This document shows positions 50,346-61,601 of a stretch of 64,000 nt of DNA, in pieces. The stretch comes from Alphaproteobacteria bacterium (GTDB taxonomy: Bacteria > Pseudomonadota > Alphaproteobacteria > CAAGCB01 > CAG-977). Every line of letters starts with the position of its first letter. Positions within the stretch are counted from its first letter, which is position 1. Where the stretch lies: NCBI GenBank assembly GCA_017480385.1, contig JAFVAT010000005.1:85205-149204 (forward strand), read 5' to 3'. The translations under genes were made by a program, and so were the position numbers. The notes beneath the pieces are model-generated. The model saw only the letters and a program-made list of their open reading frames with translations. It did no database searches and was not told the origin of the DNA.

Positions 50346-51881
50346 ATGGAAAATACGGCAGCTTTACCGCGTCCCGAACTATTGCAGGTGGCAGACGCGG
50401 TTGCCCGTGACAAGGGCATTGACAGAGATGAAGTCCTGAGTGCTATGGAATTTGCCATTCAAAAGGCAGGACGTTCCAAATTCGGACAGGAACACGATAT
50501 CCGCGCAACGATCAGCCGCAAAGACGGCGCGATCACAATGGCGCGCTATATCGAAGTCGTTCCTGATGATGCGGAAATCGAAAATGAAGCCGCGCAGATC
50601 ACGGAAACAAAAGCGCGTAAAAAAGACAAATCTCTGAAAGCCGGCGATTTTATCATTGATCCTCTGCCGCCGATTGACTTTGGCCGCATTGCGGCGCAGA
50701 CGGCCAAGCAGGTGATCGTGCAAAAGGTCCGTGATGCCGAACGTATCCGTCAATATAACGAATACAAGGACAGAATCGGCGAGATCATCAACGGCGTTGT
50801 CAAACGTGTTGAAACAGGCAATATTGTTGTTGACATGGGACGGGCTGAAGCAATTCTGCGCTGGGACGAACTGATCCCCCGCGAACAGTTCCACAACGGC
50901 GACAGAATCCGCGCTTATTTAATGGACGTCCGTCAGGAAGTCCGCGGCCCGCAGATTTTCCTGTCCCGCACGCACCCTCAATTTATGGCGAAACTGTTTG
51001 CGCAGGAAGTTCCTGAAATTTATGACGGCGCCATTGAAATCAAGGCTGTCGCCCGTGATCCGGGATCCAGAGCGAAAATGGCTGTTGTGGCTTCCGATTC
51101 TTCCATTGATCCGGTCGGCGCCTGCGTCGGCATGCGCGGCGTGCGCGTTCAGGCGGTCGTAACGGAACTGCAGGGCGAAAAGGTCGACATCATTCAGTGG
51201 TCACCCGATCCGGCGGCGTTTATCGTGAATGCTTTGGCTCCGGCAGAAGTCGTCAAAGTCGTCTTGGACGAAGAAGCGCACAGAATCGAAGTCGTGGTTC
51301 CCGATGACCAGCTGTCTTTGGCCATTGGGCGGCGCGGTCAGAACGTGCGGTTAGCCTCTCAGCTGACCGGCTGGTACATTGATATTTTGACCGAAGCGGA
51401 AGAATCCGAACGCCGTCAAAGCGAAGTTAAAGTCCGTACTCAGATGTTTATGGACGCTTTGGACGTGGACGATGTGATTGCTCATTTGCTGGTAGCGGAA
51501 GGCTTTTCTTCCGTCGGCGAAGTTGCTTTCGTTCCGTTGGCGGATATCACGTCCATTGAAGGCTTTGATGAAGAAATAGCGGCGGAGCTGCAGAATCGTG
51601 CCAAGGCCTATGTTGAAAAGCAAAATGCCGAATTTGCTGTTCGTAGCAAAGAATTAGGCGTTGATGCCAGCTTGATCGGCCTTGAAGGATTGGATCAGGG
51701 CATGATTGTCAAATTGGCAGAAAAGGGTGTCAAGACTCTGGACGATTTTGCCGATCTGGCGAATGATGAATTGCTGGAGATTTTGGGCGAAAACACTATG
51801 ACGGCACACGATGCGGACGCTTTGATCATGAAAGCGCGCGAAAAATTAGGCTGGTTCGCTGATGACGGCAAAGAAGCCTAA
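50346..51881 (+). CDS. nusA: transcription termination/antitermination factor NusA
   Basis: 511 aa with S1 and KH domains. Confidence 0.95.
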   Translation: MENTAALPRPELLQVADAVARDKGIDRDEVLSAMEFAIQKAGRSKFGQEHDIRATISRKDGAITMARYIEVVPDDAEIENEAAQITETKARKKDKSLKAGDFIIDPLPPIDFGRIAAQTAKQVIVQKVRDAERIRQYNEYKDRIGEIINGVVKRVETGNIVVDMGRAEAILRWDELIPREQFHNGDRIRAYLMDVRQEVRGPQIFLSRTHPQFMAKLFAQEVPEIYDGAIEIKAVARDPGSRAKMAVVASDSSIDPVGACVGMRGVRVQAVVTELQGEKVDIIQWSPDPAAFIVNALAPAEVVKVVLDEEAHRIEVVVPDDQLSLAIGRRGQNVRLASQLTGWYIDILTEAEESERRQSEVKVRTQMFMDALDVDDVIAHLLVAEGFSSVGEVAFVPLADITSIEGFDEEIAAELQNRAKAYVEKQNAEFAVRSKELGVDASLIGLEGLDQGMIVKLAEKGVKTLDDFADLANDELLEILGENTMTAHDADALIMKAREKLGWFADDGKEA

Positions 51882-52524
51882 AACAAAAAAGAGATGCTGG
51901 CGGGGGAAACCTTCCCCCGACGGTTTGTCCCGCAAACACGAAGAAACGGTCAGAAAGTGCATTGTGACCAATGAAACTCTGCCGATGAACCGCATGATTC
52001 GTTTCTGTGTTTCGCCGGACGGTCTGATCGTTCCCGATTTGGCGCACAAATTGCCGGGCAGAGGCATATGGGTAACGGCAGACAAAGAAATGATCGAAAC
52101 GGCTTGTCAAAAAAGGCTGTTTATAAAATATGCCCGACGGAAAATAAAATGGCCTGAAGATATGAATGAGTTGCTTGCAAACTTATTCGTCAAACGGCTG
52201 CAGGAACTGTTGGGTGTCGCTAAAAAGGCCGGACAGGTCGTTTCCGGCTTTGAAAAAGCGGAGGAGGCTTTGCGCAAAGGGCCGGTCGCCTGCCTGCTTG
52301 AAGCGACAGATGCCGCATCGGACGGTCGGGAAAAGCTGAGCCGCTTATGCGCTGCCGGCAATATTCCTGTGCTCCGAATCCTAACCGCGGATCAAACGGC
52401 GCAGGCTTTGGGCTCGGGCATGGGAGTGCATATCGTGCTGAAATCCGGCGGCGTCAGCGATTTAATAGTTGCGGAAGCACAACGTTTTGCGGCATATTGC
52501 AAAATTGAACCATTTAAAGTGTAG
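51862..52524 (+). CDS. YlxR (DUF448)/L7Ae-like RNA-binding protein
   Basis: 'CIVTNETLPMNRMIRF' YlxR motif; between nusA and infB. Confidence 0.7.
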   Translation: MTAKKPKTKKRCWRGKPSPDGLSRKHEETVRKCIVTNETLPMNRMIRFCVSPDGLIVPDLAHKLPGRGIWVTADKEMIETACQKRLFIKYARRKIKWPEDMNELLANLFVKRLQELLGVAKKAGQVVSGFEKAEEALRKGPVACLLEATDAASDGREKLSRLCAAGNIPVLRILTADQTAQALGSGMGVHIVLKSGGVSDLIVAEAQRFAAYCKIEPFKV

Positions 52525-52542
52525 GAAAAGGCTGATTGATTT

Positions 52543-55098
52543 ATGACAGACGCGAATGATAAAACAGAAAAGGCTCCTCTGACTCTTTCCCGCCCCAAGC
52601 TGGAACTAAAAAAAACGGTTGACGCGGGTCACGTGCAGCAAAGTTTGGGCACGGGACGGACAAGACCGGTTCAGGTCGAGGTGCGGAAAAAACGATCATT
52701 TGTGACCGATGCGCAGGGCAATATTCAGGGGGTCAGGGAAAACGATACGCCCTCCTCTGAATTTTTGGACAGCGAAAAGGCGCGCCGTCTGAAAGTCCTG
52801 AAAGATGCGATCAAAGAAGAAGAAGAAAATCGCATTAAGGCTGAAGAAGAAGCGAAAATTCGCGCTGTAGAAGAAGAAAAACGCAAGGCGGAGGAAGCTA
52901 AGCGCCGGGCGGAAGAAGCGGCTGAACAAAAGCGCCGTGAAGCCGAACAGGCCGCTGCTCAAAAGATTGAAAAACCGGCAGCTCCGGCTCCGGTGAAGAA
53001 AGAAGAGCACAAAAAGCCCGCTGACAAACGGCCTGCTCCGGCGCAGCACCAGCAGCCGGCCATGTCTCCGGAAGAAGCGGAAGCCGCCGAAAATCATCGC
53101 ATGAAGACCAACTATAAACGCCGCGAATTTCATGATGACGACAATCGCGGCGGTCATTCAAAACGCGGCGGCAGCGAAGACAAATGGCGCGGAGGTCGCA
53201 TGAATATGTCCGCTTTGATGCGCGGCGACGATGAAGAAGGACGCGGGCGGTCTTTGGCCTCTATTAAACGCGCCCGCGAAAAAGAACGTCAGAAAATGTC
53301 CGGCCAGGCAAAACCTGCGGAAAAAGTCTACCGAGAGGTCATCATTCCCGAAACAATCACAGTGCAGGAACTGGCCGCGCGTATGTCCGAACGCGGTGCC
53401 GATGTTGTCAAGCAGCTGATGAAAATGGGTGTAATGGCAACAATTACGCAAACAATTGATGCCGATATCGCGCAGATTATTGTTGAAGAAATGGGCCATA
53501 AGGCAAAGCGCGTCAATGAAGCCGATGTGGAAGACAATTTGCGCGACGCTCCGGACGCTGATGAAGACAAGCTGCCTCGTCCGCCCGTCGTAACGGTTAT
53601 GGGACACGTTGACCACGGCAAGACGTCTTTATTGGATAACTTGCGTTCGACCGATGTTGCGGCTCATGAAGCCGGCGGCATTACGCAGCATATCGGGGCA
53701 TATCAAATTACGCTGGAAAACGGTCAGAAAGTCACATTTATTGACACGCCGGGGCACGCAGCCTTTACGGAAATGCGCGCCCGCGGGGCAAAGGTGACGG
53801 ACATTGTTGTCCTGGTTGTTGCCGCAAATGACGGTATCATGCCGCAGACGATCGAAGCGATCACACACGCAAAAGCGGCGGGAGTTCCGATTGTTGTCGC
53901 GATTAATAAGATCGATGTTCCGGGGGCAAATCCGGAAAAGGTTCGTACGGATCTGCTGTCGCATGAAGTTGTTGTTGAAAGCATGGGCGGCGACGTGCTA
54001 GCAGTGGAAGTTTCCGCAAAGAAGCGCATTAATCTGGATAAATTGGTGGAAGCGATTTTATTGCAGGCCGAAATTCTGGATTTAAAGGCCAATCCGAACC
54101 ATATGGCGGAAGGCGCTATTATCGAAGCCAAAATGGAAAAAGGCCGCGGTTCCGTAGCAACCGTATTGGTCCAGCGCGGCACCCTGCATCAGGGAGATAT
54201 CTTTGTGGCCGGCAAGGATTGGGGACGCGTGCGCGCCATGATAGATGAACGCGGTCAGCGCGTAACAGAGGCGGGGCCGTCTTTCCCGGTTGAAGTGCTG
54301 GGCTTCCAATCGACGCCCTCTGCCGGCGATGATTTTATTGTCGTCAATGATGAAGATCGGGCCCGTGAAGTCGCCGCTTATCGTCAGCGCAAGGAACGCG
54401 AAGCACTGCAGGTGCGTTCAACCCGTTCCGCAATCGAACAGATGTTCGACAAGATTAAAGCCGGCGAAGCGAAAGAACTGCCCGTCGTCATCAAAGCAGA
54501 CGTGCAGGGTTCTGTTGAGGCTCTGACGGCAACGCTGAATAAGATCTCTACAGACAAAGCCAAAGTTCGCATTCTGCATGCGGCTGTCGGTGCGATCAAT
54601 GAATCCGATGTCACATTGGCCAAAGCCTCCAGCGCTTTAATTATCGGCTTTAACGTGCGCGCCAATACGCTGGCCCGTACGGCGGCGAAGCGTGACGGCA
54701 TTGAAATTCGTTATCATTCCATTATTTATAATGTGGCAGATGATATTCACGCCGCCTTAGAGGGCATGCTGGCCCCCGAACTGCGCGAAAAAATCCTGGG
54801 CTATGCTAAAATCCGTCAGGTTTACAATATCTCCAAAGTGGGTAAAGTTGCCGGCTGTATGGTCAAGGAAGGTCTGATGAAGCGCGGGGCGCATGTCCGT
54901 TTGCTGCGGTCAAACGTGGTTTACCACGACGGTATGATGGCGCAGCTAAAACGCTTTAAGGACGACGTGAAAGAAGTTCGTGAAGGTTATGAATGCGGCA
55001 TGAGTTTTGAAAACTTCAACGACATTCAGGTTGATGATACGGTCGAATGTTATGAAATTGAAGAAGTCGCCGCTAAGCTTGAAGAAGTGAAGCTGTAA
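52543..55098 (+). CDS. infB: translation initiation factor IF-2
   Basis: 851 aa; G domain '[17 protein letters not shown]', 'DTPGHAAF', 'NKID'. Confidence 0.95.
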   Translation: MTDANDKTEKAPLTLSRPKLELKKTVDAGHVQQSLGTGRTRPVQVEVRKKRSFVTDAQGNIQGVRENDTPSSEFLDSEKARRLKVLKDAIKEEEENRIKAEEEAKIRAVEEEKRKAEEAKRRAEEAAEQKRREAEQAAAQKIEKPAAPAPVKKEEHKKPADKRPAPAQHQQPAMSPEEAEAAENHRMKTNYKRREFHDDDNRGGHSKRGGSEDKWRGGRMNMSALMRGDDEEGRGRSLASIKRAREKERQKMSGQAKPAEKVYREVIIPETITVQELAARMSERGADVVKQLMKMGVMATITQTIDADIAQIIVEEMGHKAKRVNEADVEDNLRDAPDADEDKLPRPPVVTVMGHVDHGKTSLLDNLRSTDVAAHEAGGITQHIGAYQITLENGQKVTFIDTPGHAAFTEMRARGAKVTDIVVLVVAANDGIMPQTIEAITHAKAAGVPIVVAINKIDVPGANPEKVRTDLLSHEVVVESMGGDVLAVEVSAKKRINLDKLVEAILLQAEILDLKANPNHMAEGAIIEAKMEKGRGSVATVLVQRGTLHQGDIFVAGKDWGRVRAMIDERGQRVTEAGPSFPVEVLGFQSTPSAGDDFIVVNDEDRAREVAAYRQRKEREALQVRSTRSAIEQMFDKIKAGEAKELPVVIKADVQGSVEALTATLNKISTDKAKVRILHAAVGAINESDVTLAKASSALIIGFNVRANTLARTAAKRDGIEIRYHSIIYNVADDIHAALEGMLAPELREKILGYAKIRQVYNISKVGKVAGCMVKEGLMKRGAHVRLLRSNVVYHDGMMAQLKRFKDDVKEVREGYECGMSFENFNDIQVDDTVECYEIEEVAAKLEEVKL

Positions 55099-55113
55099 AT
55101 ACAGGAGAAACTT

Positions 55114-55533
55114 ATGCGTTCCGATTCTAAACCAGTATCTCAACGACAACTCCGCGTCGCGGAACAGATCCGGCATATTCTGGCAGATTGTTTTCAACGC
55201 GGCAACGTGCCGAAGGATTTTTTGGATTGTCCGCCCGTTTCTGTCATGGAGGTCAAGGTTTCTCCTGATTTTTCCTATTGCAAAGCATACATTTCCGTTT
55301 TGGCAATCGAACAAAATTCGGCGGAGGAATTGGCTAAGGCTTTGAATAAGCAGTCCGGTTTTTTTCGTAAGATTTTGGGGACGAAAATCCGCTTGCGCCT
55401 GACACCGGAAATCCGCTTTTTTGCAGACGGCGCTCAGGCCGAAGCGGATAAAATCGATGCTCTTCTGGCTTCCGAAAAGGTTCAGCGGGATTTGGTCGCT
55501 TCGGAATCGGAGGAAGAAGCGGTAAATGATTAA
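55114..55533 (+). CDS. rbfA: ribosome-binding factor A
   Basis: 'QRQLRVAEQIRHILADCF'. Confidence 0.9.
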   Translation: MRSDSKPVSQRQLRVAEQIRHILADCFQRGNVPKDFLDCPPVSVMEVKVSPDFSYCKAYISVLAIEQNSAEELAKALNKQSGFFRKILGTKIRLRLTPEIRFFADGAQAEADKIDALLASEKVQRDLVASESEEEAVND

Positions 55534-56302
55534 AGCTGCTTTTTTTGATATAGACGGGACTCTGATTTCTTTCAAAACGCATGAAATGCCGAAATCAACG
55601 CAAGAGGCTTTGGAACGTTTGCATCAAAAGGGCGTTAAAGTGTTCATAGCGACGGGACGCGCGCCGAAAGACGTTGGTTTTTTGAAAAAATATTTCGATT
55701 TTGACGGCGTGATTTCGTTTAACGGACAGTATTGTTTTGATAAAACGGACGTTTTACACAATGCTCCTTTGCCGCATGAAACGATTTTATCCGTGTTGCC
55801 GTATCTGAAGGAAAAACAAATCGCGTCAACTTTTGAAACAATTGACGAAAATATATTTAATTTGGTGAACGACAGAGTGCACGAACTGATTCGGCTGGTG
55901 GGATTTAATGAACCGGAAAAGCAGGTCGCCGATGTGTCCCGATTGGAACGGGATATTTATCAGATGACCACCTTTGTTATACCGGAGGAAGAAGCGGATC
56001 TTGTCGCTCATTTGCCGGGGTGCAGGACTGTGCGGTGGTATCCGACGTTTGTTAACGTGATCGGAGAAAACGGCGGCAAACACGTCGGTATTGCCAAGGT
56101 ATGCGAAAAATACGGCATCGGACGTGACGAAATCATGGCGTTCGGCGACGGCGGCAACGATGTGGATATGCTGGAACACGCAGGTATCGGTGTGGCAATG
56201 GGCAACGGCGGAGCGGACGCCAAAGCCGCCGCGAATTATATAACAACGGCGGTTGATGACGACGGCGTTTATAACGCTTTGAAACATTTTGAAATCATTT
56301 GA
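55526..56302 (+). CDS. Cof-type HAD-IIB phosphatase
   Basis: 'AAFFDIDGTL', 'AFGDGGNDVDML'. Confidence 0.8.
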   Translation: MIKAAFFDIDGTLISFKTHEMPKSTQEALERLHQKGVKVFIATGRAPKDVGFLKKYFDFDGVISFNGQYCFDKTDVLHNAPLPHETILSVLPYLKEKQIASTFETIDENIFNLVNDRVHELIRLVGFNEPEKQVADVSRLERDIYQMTTFVIPEEEADLVAHLPGCRTVRWYPTFVNVIGENGGKHVGIAKVCEKYGIGRDEIMAFGDGGNDVDMLEHAGIGVAMGNGGADAKAAANYITTAVDDDGVYNALKHFEII

Positions 56303-56884
56303 AAAGATTGCCAAAAGAAGCTTTAGGGCCGATTTTTACCGGCCTCATCAACAACTTTATTTCATTGGATGCGTTTACGATCAAGTCGCTTAAACGATTA
56401 GCTTTTATTCCTGCTAAAGCGCATACAAAGCCAATAGTTCTTTGTCCCTCACTTCTCAGATCGGAGTAATCAAGTGACATAATAAATCTATGAAATATTT
56501 TACGCCTGTTTCAGATCAACAGCACCAAAAACTGAATATATCAATATACATTACATAAACTGCTGCTTACTTAAACGCTTTGTTATATTTCAGAAAAACG
56601 AATGTTATATTTCAACAGCAAAAAAACAATAAATTTATTTTTTGTTATTTAAAGATATCCCCTCTCCTGACGAAAGACGATCGAGAGCAGGAAAAACGCG
56701 GGCAGTTATAAGAAGGCCCTCCCTCCCGTGTATGGCCACGCAGGGCCTTCCGACTTTACGATGCAGTTTCAGAAACAAAAGGCCCTTTGCGCAATAACAC
56801 AAAGGGTCAAATAACGTAATATTTTAAAGCGTTTTTTTGAGCATTATCTGTTTGCAATGCTCTTTCTGAAACATGTGAATATCT

Positions 56885-57235
56885 TCACTGCTTCTTTTTT
56901 CCTTTGAGAGATTTTTTCATTTTTGGCGGAAAAACTTCCACTTCATCTACAATCAAGAAACCAGGATTGTCGGCAAAGTATTCAACCTGAACCCGATCAC
57001 CCGTATTTAAATCAACCAAAGAAAGATCTTCATCAAACCATTTGCCGTTTTTTTCTATTTCCGTCATCTCGTTGACGTTGAACAAATACACATTGCCGTC
57101 ATCTCCGCGCACGGTAAAAGTATTGTTTACAGCGGTCACCTGTTCGACTGTACCGAACGTTTTCATGCCGTCAGCCAGAGCCGGACAAACCGCCGCACAC
57201 GATAAGATCAGTCCCATTAAAAATTCTTTTCTCAT
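56885..57235 (-). CDS. hypothetical small exported protein
   Basis: 116 aa; signal peptide; K-rich C-terminus. Confidence 0.4.
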   Translation of the reverse strand: MRKEFLMGLILSCAAVCPALADGMKTFGTVEQVTAVNNTFTVRGDDGNVYLFNVNEMTEIEKNGKWFDEDLSLVDLNTGDRVQVEYFADNPGFLIVDEVEVFPPKMKKSLKGKKKQ

Positions 57236-57305
57236 GTGATTTCCTCCCTTTAAAACAACGTCTTAAAGTATCAAAAATCACTATAAAAATCAGGATAGCT
57301 AAAGG

Positions 57306-57743
57306 TTATCTGTCCGTTGGAACAATTTGAACGGTCACACCGGCTTCTTCTAAAATTGTTTTTGCCAGATTAAAATTTTCCAGCCACCTATCCGGAATAG
57401 GTCTGTCTTCAACCACAACGCGTTTAATGCCGGATTGAATAATCGCCCCCGCACAGCGCGAACACGGCAAATACGGATAAACATAAATTGTACAGCCGGC
57501 CACCGATTTCGGCGCAGTCAATATCGCATTAGCCTCTGCATGAACGATCAGTTCATACTTTAAGTCCCTTTTATTCAAACGTTCTTCCGTATCTTCAACT
57601 CCGATCGGCAGACCGTTAAAGCCAACGGAAACAATGCGTTTTTTATCGTCGACAATAACCGCTCCGACCTGAGAAGACGGATCTTTCGACCATGTCGCGA
57701 CCAACTGAGCCAAATCAAAAAATCGTTTTTGCCATTTATCCAT
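57306..57743 (-). CDS. dCMP deaminase (ComEB-like)
   Basis: 'HAEANAI', 'PCSRCAGAII' zinc-deaminase motifs; start at 57743 with AGGAGA RBS. Confidence 0.8.
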   Translation of the reverse strand: MDKWQKRFFDLAQLVATWSKDPSSQVGAVIVDDKKRIVSVGFNGLPIGVEDTEERLNKRDLKYELIVHAEANAILTAPKSVAGCTIYVYPYLPCSRCAGAIIQSGIKRVVVEDRPIPDRWLENFNLAKTILEEAGVTVQIVPTDR

Positions 57744-57873
57744 AGAACTCTTCTCCTTGATGTTAAAAGGATCATAACAATTTTTAAACGAATCGACAAT
57801 AAAAAGGCTTAACAAAACCGTTCCCTTCCGTTATCCTGAGCCAAATGTTACGCTTTACAGCAAAGGAAAACCG

Positions 57874-58557
57874 ATGAAACCGATTATTGCCGTTTTGTGC
57901 CCGATGCCCATGGAATTTGCCGCTGTTGAAAAGGCCTTGGGCCGGCTGGGAGAAACTTTGGAAACCGTTTTTGAAGAAAAACGTTTTGACTTGAACGGAC
58001 TGGACGTCATTTTGGCGCGCTGCGGCGTCGGAAAAACATTTGCCGCGGCCAAAGCGCAAAAACTGATTCAAACATACGAGCCGGATCATTTGTTTGTCTG
58101 CGGTGTTGCCGGCGCAATAGCGGAAGAGTTAAATGTTTTTGACGTCGTTGTTCCCAACCGTATTGTTCACGGCGATGTTTGTTTCGGTAACACTTACAGT
58201 CCGACAGACATTACAGAATCTTCCATGGAATTTTTTGAAGGAAAGCCCGGCTTTTCCGCATCGGCTTATCTGCCCGAACGTTTGAATGCTCCCTATAAAT
58301 CCGGGACATTAGCCACAATAGATTTCTTTGCGGAAGAAGCGGAAAAGACCTTTCTGGAAGAAAAATTCAATGCCGTCTGCATCGACATGGAAAGCGCGGC
58401 TGTGGCTCAAATCGCGACGTTGTGGAACGTTCCCGTTACGGTGATCCGCGCGATCTCCGACAACCGGAAACATACATTGGGTGATTTTGAAACAAACGCG
58501 CCGAAAGCCTGCGATATTGCGGCAGAAGCTCTGACAGAACTGCTGAAAAAAATCTAA
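57874..58557 (+). CDS. PNP/UDP phosphorylase-family nucleosidase (MTA/SAH nucleosidase-like)
   Basis: 227 aa; 'VCGVAGAIAEEL', 'MESAAVAQ' typical of the MTAN fold. Confidence 0.55.
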   Translation: MKPIIAVLCPMPMEFAAVEKALGRLGETLETVFEEKRFDLNGLDVILARCGVGKTFAAAKAQKLIQTYEPDHLFVCGVAGAIAEELNVFDVVVPNRIVHGDVCFGNTYSPTDITESSMEFFEGKPGFSASAYLPERLNAPYKSGTLATIDFFAEEAEKTFLEEKFNAVCIDMESAAVAQIATLWNVPVTVIRAISDNRKHTLGDFETNAPKACDIAAEALTELLKKI

Positions 58558-59165
58558 AGGTCGGAGGAATAAATAAACTCGGTTAACTGAACCGGTTTAT
58601 TTCCCAGTTTTTGCCACCCTTCCGGCACTTCCAAACAAGCCAGAGCTGACGTCGGAAAGCCGTCCGCAATACGGTGCTGATGCGGGTCTTCCCGTGTCAA
58701 ATCCCAATCGCATATTAATGGCAAAAACTCTTGCAATCCGGGATTATGCCCGATCACCAGCACATCATATTTATCCGATCCCGTTCGACGCAAAATCTGC
58801 AGCATTTCGTCTGCGTCCGCCATATACAGGGCGTCCATAAAGACAATTTCCGCCCGTGTGAAAATTTTTTTCAATTTCATCAGCGTTTCCATTGTCCGCA
58901 CCGCCGGAGAACACAAAATCAGGTCCGGCTGCAGCCGTCTGTCCCGCATCAGTTTCCTGATTTTTTTCACGTCTCTGCAGCCGCGCCTGTCCAAAGAACG
59001 AAAGACATCATGATCCGTCTTTTTGGATTTTTGCGCTTTACCATGACGCATCAAGTACAAATGACGGGAATCCTCTGATAAAAAAGGGCCCTCTTTTACT
59101 TTTGATGCGGAAGAATCCTTTCTGACTTTAACCGGTGACTTGGACATATGGCACCTCTCTCTCAA
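58554..59165 (-). CDS. histidine-phosphatase-family protein (SixA-like)
   Basis: 'LYLMRHGKA' RHG motif. Confidence 0.6.
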   Translation of the reverse strand: MRERCHMSKSPVKVRKDSSASKVKEGPFLSEDSRHLYLMRHGKAQKSKKTDHDVFRSLDRRGCRDVKKIRKLMRDRRLQPDLILCSPAVRTMETLMKLKKIFTRAEIVFMDALYMADADEMLQILRRTGSDKYDVLVIGHNPGLQEFLPLICDWDLTREDPHQHRIADGFPTSALACLEVPEGWQKLGNKPVQLTEFIYSSDL

Positions 59166-59300
59166 ATACTTTATTCAGGATAAAAACATTTCCCGACAAA
59201 GAAAAGCTGAACGATAGATGTAGACTCTTTTTATGCTTTTATTTCTTGAAAAAAAATATTACTGATTGAGTAAGAAATATTTTTATAAGGATTCTTAATT

Positions 59301-61595
59301 ATGGCCGCTGATCCCGTTGTTTTTTCACAGCCTGTTTCCATGGATTCTCCCGCCCGGTTTTTCAACCGGGAATTATCTTGGCTAGCCTTCAACCAACGCG
59401 TTTTGGAGGAAGCGATGAACAAACGCTACCCACTGTTGGAAAGACTGCGTTTTCTAGCCATTTCAGGGTCAAATCTGGACGAGTTTTTCATGGTGCGCGT
59501 CGCCGGCATTCTGGCGCAAATCTATGCGGGCGTTACAACGCGTTCCGATGACGGACTGACGCCGCAGGAACAGCTGGACGCAATTAACGGACGCGTTGAA
59601 ATTCTGCGCAAAACGCAGGACGAATATTTCCATATTTTGAAAAAAGAATTGGAAAAAGAGCATATCTTTTTGATTTCGCGCGACCAGCTTTCCAAACAGG
59701 ATATGAAAGTTTTAAAATCCGTCTTTGAAGAATCTGTCTTTCCGGTTTTAACCCCCATTGCACTGGATCCGTCTCACCCGTTTCCGTGGCTGGCGAATTT
59801 GTCCCACTCTTTAATTTTTTCGATGAAGGACAAGCACGGCACGGAACGCAAGGCTCTTATTCCTCTGCCGTCCAGTCTGCCGCGCTTTATCCGGCTGAAT
59901 AAAAAACCGGCGCGGTTTATCGCGCTGGAGGACGTGGTCATGCAGTTCATCGGAACGATTTTTCCGAACTTTACCGTCAGGCAAGCGGGATTATTTTCAA
60001 TCGTGCGCAACAGCCTGCTGCAGGTTGACGAACGCGCCGAAGATCTGGTGCGTCAATTTGAAACGGCTTTGGCGCAGCAGAAACGCGGCGATGTCATCGC
60101 TTTGGTCATGAATCAGGAGATGCCGCAGGAATTGGCGTCCTATCTGACGCATAAACTGGACGTGGAAAGCTTCGGTGTTGTGCGCCGCAACGGTGTTTTA
60201 GGCATACGGTCGCTGTCTTCTTTGATTTTATCGGAAAGGAAAGACTTGCTTTTCAAGCCGTACAAGCCGCGTCATGCCGAACGCGTCCGCGATTTCAAGG
60301 GCGATCATTTTGCGGCAATCCGCAAAAAGGACATGGTTATTCATCATCCTTACGAATCCTTTGAAGTCGTTGTCAAATTCCTGCGTCAGGCAGCCAAAGA
60401 TCCCGAAGTCGTTTCAATCAAGCAGACGTTGTACCGCACCAATCAAAACTCTCCGATCGTGAAGGCTTTGATTGACGCTGCCCGTGCCGGCAAGGACGTA
60501 ACGGCTGTTGTCGAACTGCGCGCCCGTTTTGATGAAGAAGCCAATATCAAATGGGCCAAAGATATGGAAAAAGCCGGCGTGCATGTCGTTTTCGGATTGA
60601 TGAACTATAAAACGCACGCCAAAATTTCTTTAGTCACGCGGCGGGAAAACGGCAAAATGAAAAGCTATGCGCATTTCGGCACGGGCAACTATCATGAAAT
60701 CACAGCCAATTTATATACGGACCTATCCTTTTTCACCTGTGATAAAGATTTGTGTAACGATGCGGCGCTGGTATTCAACTATCTGACCGGCTATGCGCAA
60801 CCGGAGGGATTAAAAAAGCTTTCGATCGCTCCGTTAAATTTACGCGACAAATTGATCAAACTGATCGAAAAAGAAATTTCTTACGCGCAAAAGGGAAAAC
60901 CGGCCAACATCTGGGCCAAAATGAATTCCCTGCTGGACGACAAACTGATAGACGCTTTATACCGCGCGTCTCAAGCCGGCGTGAAAATAACGCTGGTCAT
61001 ACGCGGCATTTGCGCTTTGCGTCCGGGCATTCCGGGATTTTCAGAAAATATCAAGGTGAAAAGCATTATCGGGCGCTTTTTGGAGCATGCGCGCATTATC
61101 TGCTTTGGCGCAGGCAACAAACTGCCTTCTCCTAAAGCAAAAGTTTTTATCTCTTCAGCGGATTGGATGCCACGCAATACGCTGCATCGGGTAGAAACGT
61201 TAGTGCCGATTGAAAATGAAACCGTTCATGAACAAATCATGGGACAGATCATGCAGGGCAATATCAAAGATGAAGCGTTAAGCTGGATTTTAAATCCCGA
61301 CATGACTTATACGCGTGTTTCGGAAAGCCCGCAGGCTTTTTCCTGCCACCAATTCTTTATGACGCACCCCAGCTTGTCCGGTCGCGGATCGGCTAAACTG
61401 CGCGGGATCGTTGCCCGTCAGAAAAAAGCGGTGCGCAAAGAGGAAAAAACAGCGGCCAAAGCCCCTGCGCGGCCGAAACGGGCAAAGAAAACGACGAAGA
61501 CACCCGCTGACGCCGTCTTAACGCCCAAGAAAACGCCCGTTAAAAAACAGAAAAAAATCGTCAGAAAATCTCTGGCTCAAACAAAAAAGGACTAA
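59301..61595 (+). CDS. ppk: polyphosphate kinase 1
   Basis: 764 aa; 'FFNRELSWLAFNQRVLEEA' PPK1 N-terminus; K-rich tail. Confidence 0.95.
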   Translation: MAADPVVFSQPVSMDSPARFFNRELSWLAFNQRVLEEAMNKRYPLLERLRFLAISGSNLDEFFMVRVAGILAQIYAGVTTRSDDGLTPQEQLDAINGRVEILRKTQDEYFHILKKELEKEHIFLISRDQLSKQDMKVLKSVFEESVFPVLTPIALDPSHPFPWLANLSHSLIFSMKDKHGTERKALIPLPSSLPRFIRLNKKPARFIALEDVVMQFIGTIFPNFTVRQAGLFSIVRNSLLQVDERAEDLVRQFETALAQQKRGDVIALVMNQEMPQELASYLTHKLDVESFGVVRRNGVLGIRSLSSLILSERKDLLFKPYKPRHAERVRDFKGDHFAAIRKKDMVIHHPYESFEVVVKFLRQAAKDPEVVSIKQTLYRTNQNSPIVKALIDAARAGKDVTAVVELRARFDEEANIKWAKDMEKAGVHVVFGLMNYKTHAKISLVTRRENGKMKSYAHFGTGNYHEITANLYTDLSFFTCDKDLCNDAALVFNYLTGYAQPEGLKKLSIAPLNLRDKLIKLIEKEISYAQKGKPANIWAKMNSLLDDKLIDALYRASQAGVKITLVIRGICALRPGIPGFSENIKVKSIIGRFLEHARIICFGAGNKLPSPKAKVFISSADWMPRNTLHRVETLVPIENETVHEQIMGQIMQGNIKDEALSWILNPDMTYTRVSESPQAFSCHQFFMTHPSLSGRGSAKLRGIVARQKKAVRKEEKTAAKAPARPKRAKKTTKTPADAVLTPKKTPVKKQKKIVRKSLAQTKKD

Positions 61596-61601
61596 AACGT
61601 C

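Noticed and set aside
53158-54182. Several 100-150-aa minus-strand ORFs inside infB
   Set aside because: Antisense shadow ORFs of a highly expressed, motif-rich gene.
56295-56480. 61-aa minus-strand ORF at the edge of the 580-bp intergenic region
   Set aside because: No RBS, low-complexity sequence, and it overlaps the HAD gene stop; more likely non-coding.
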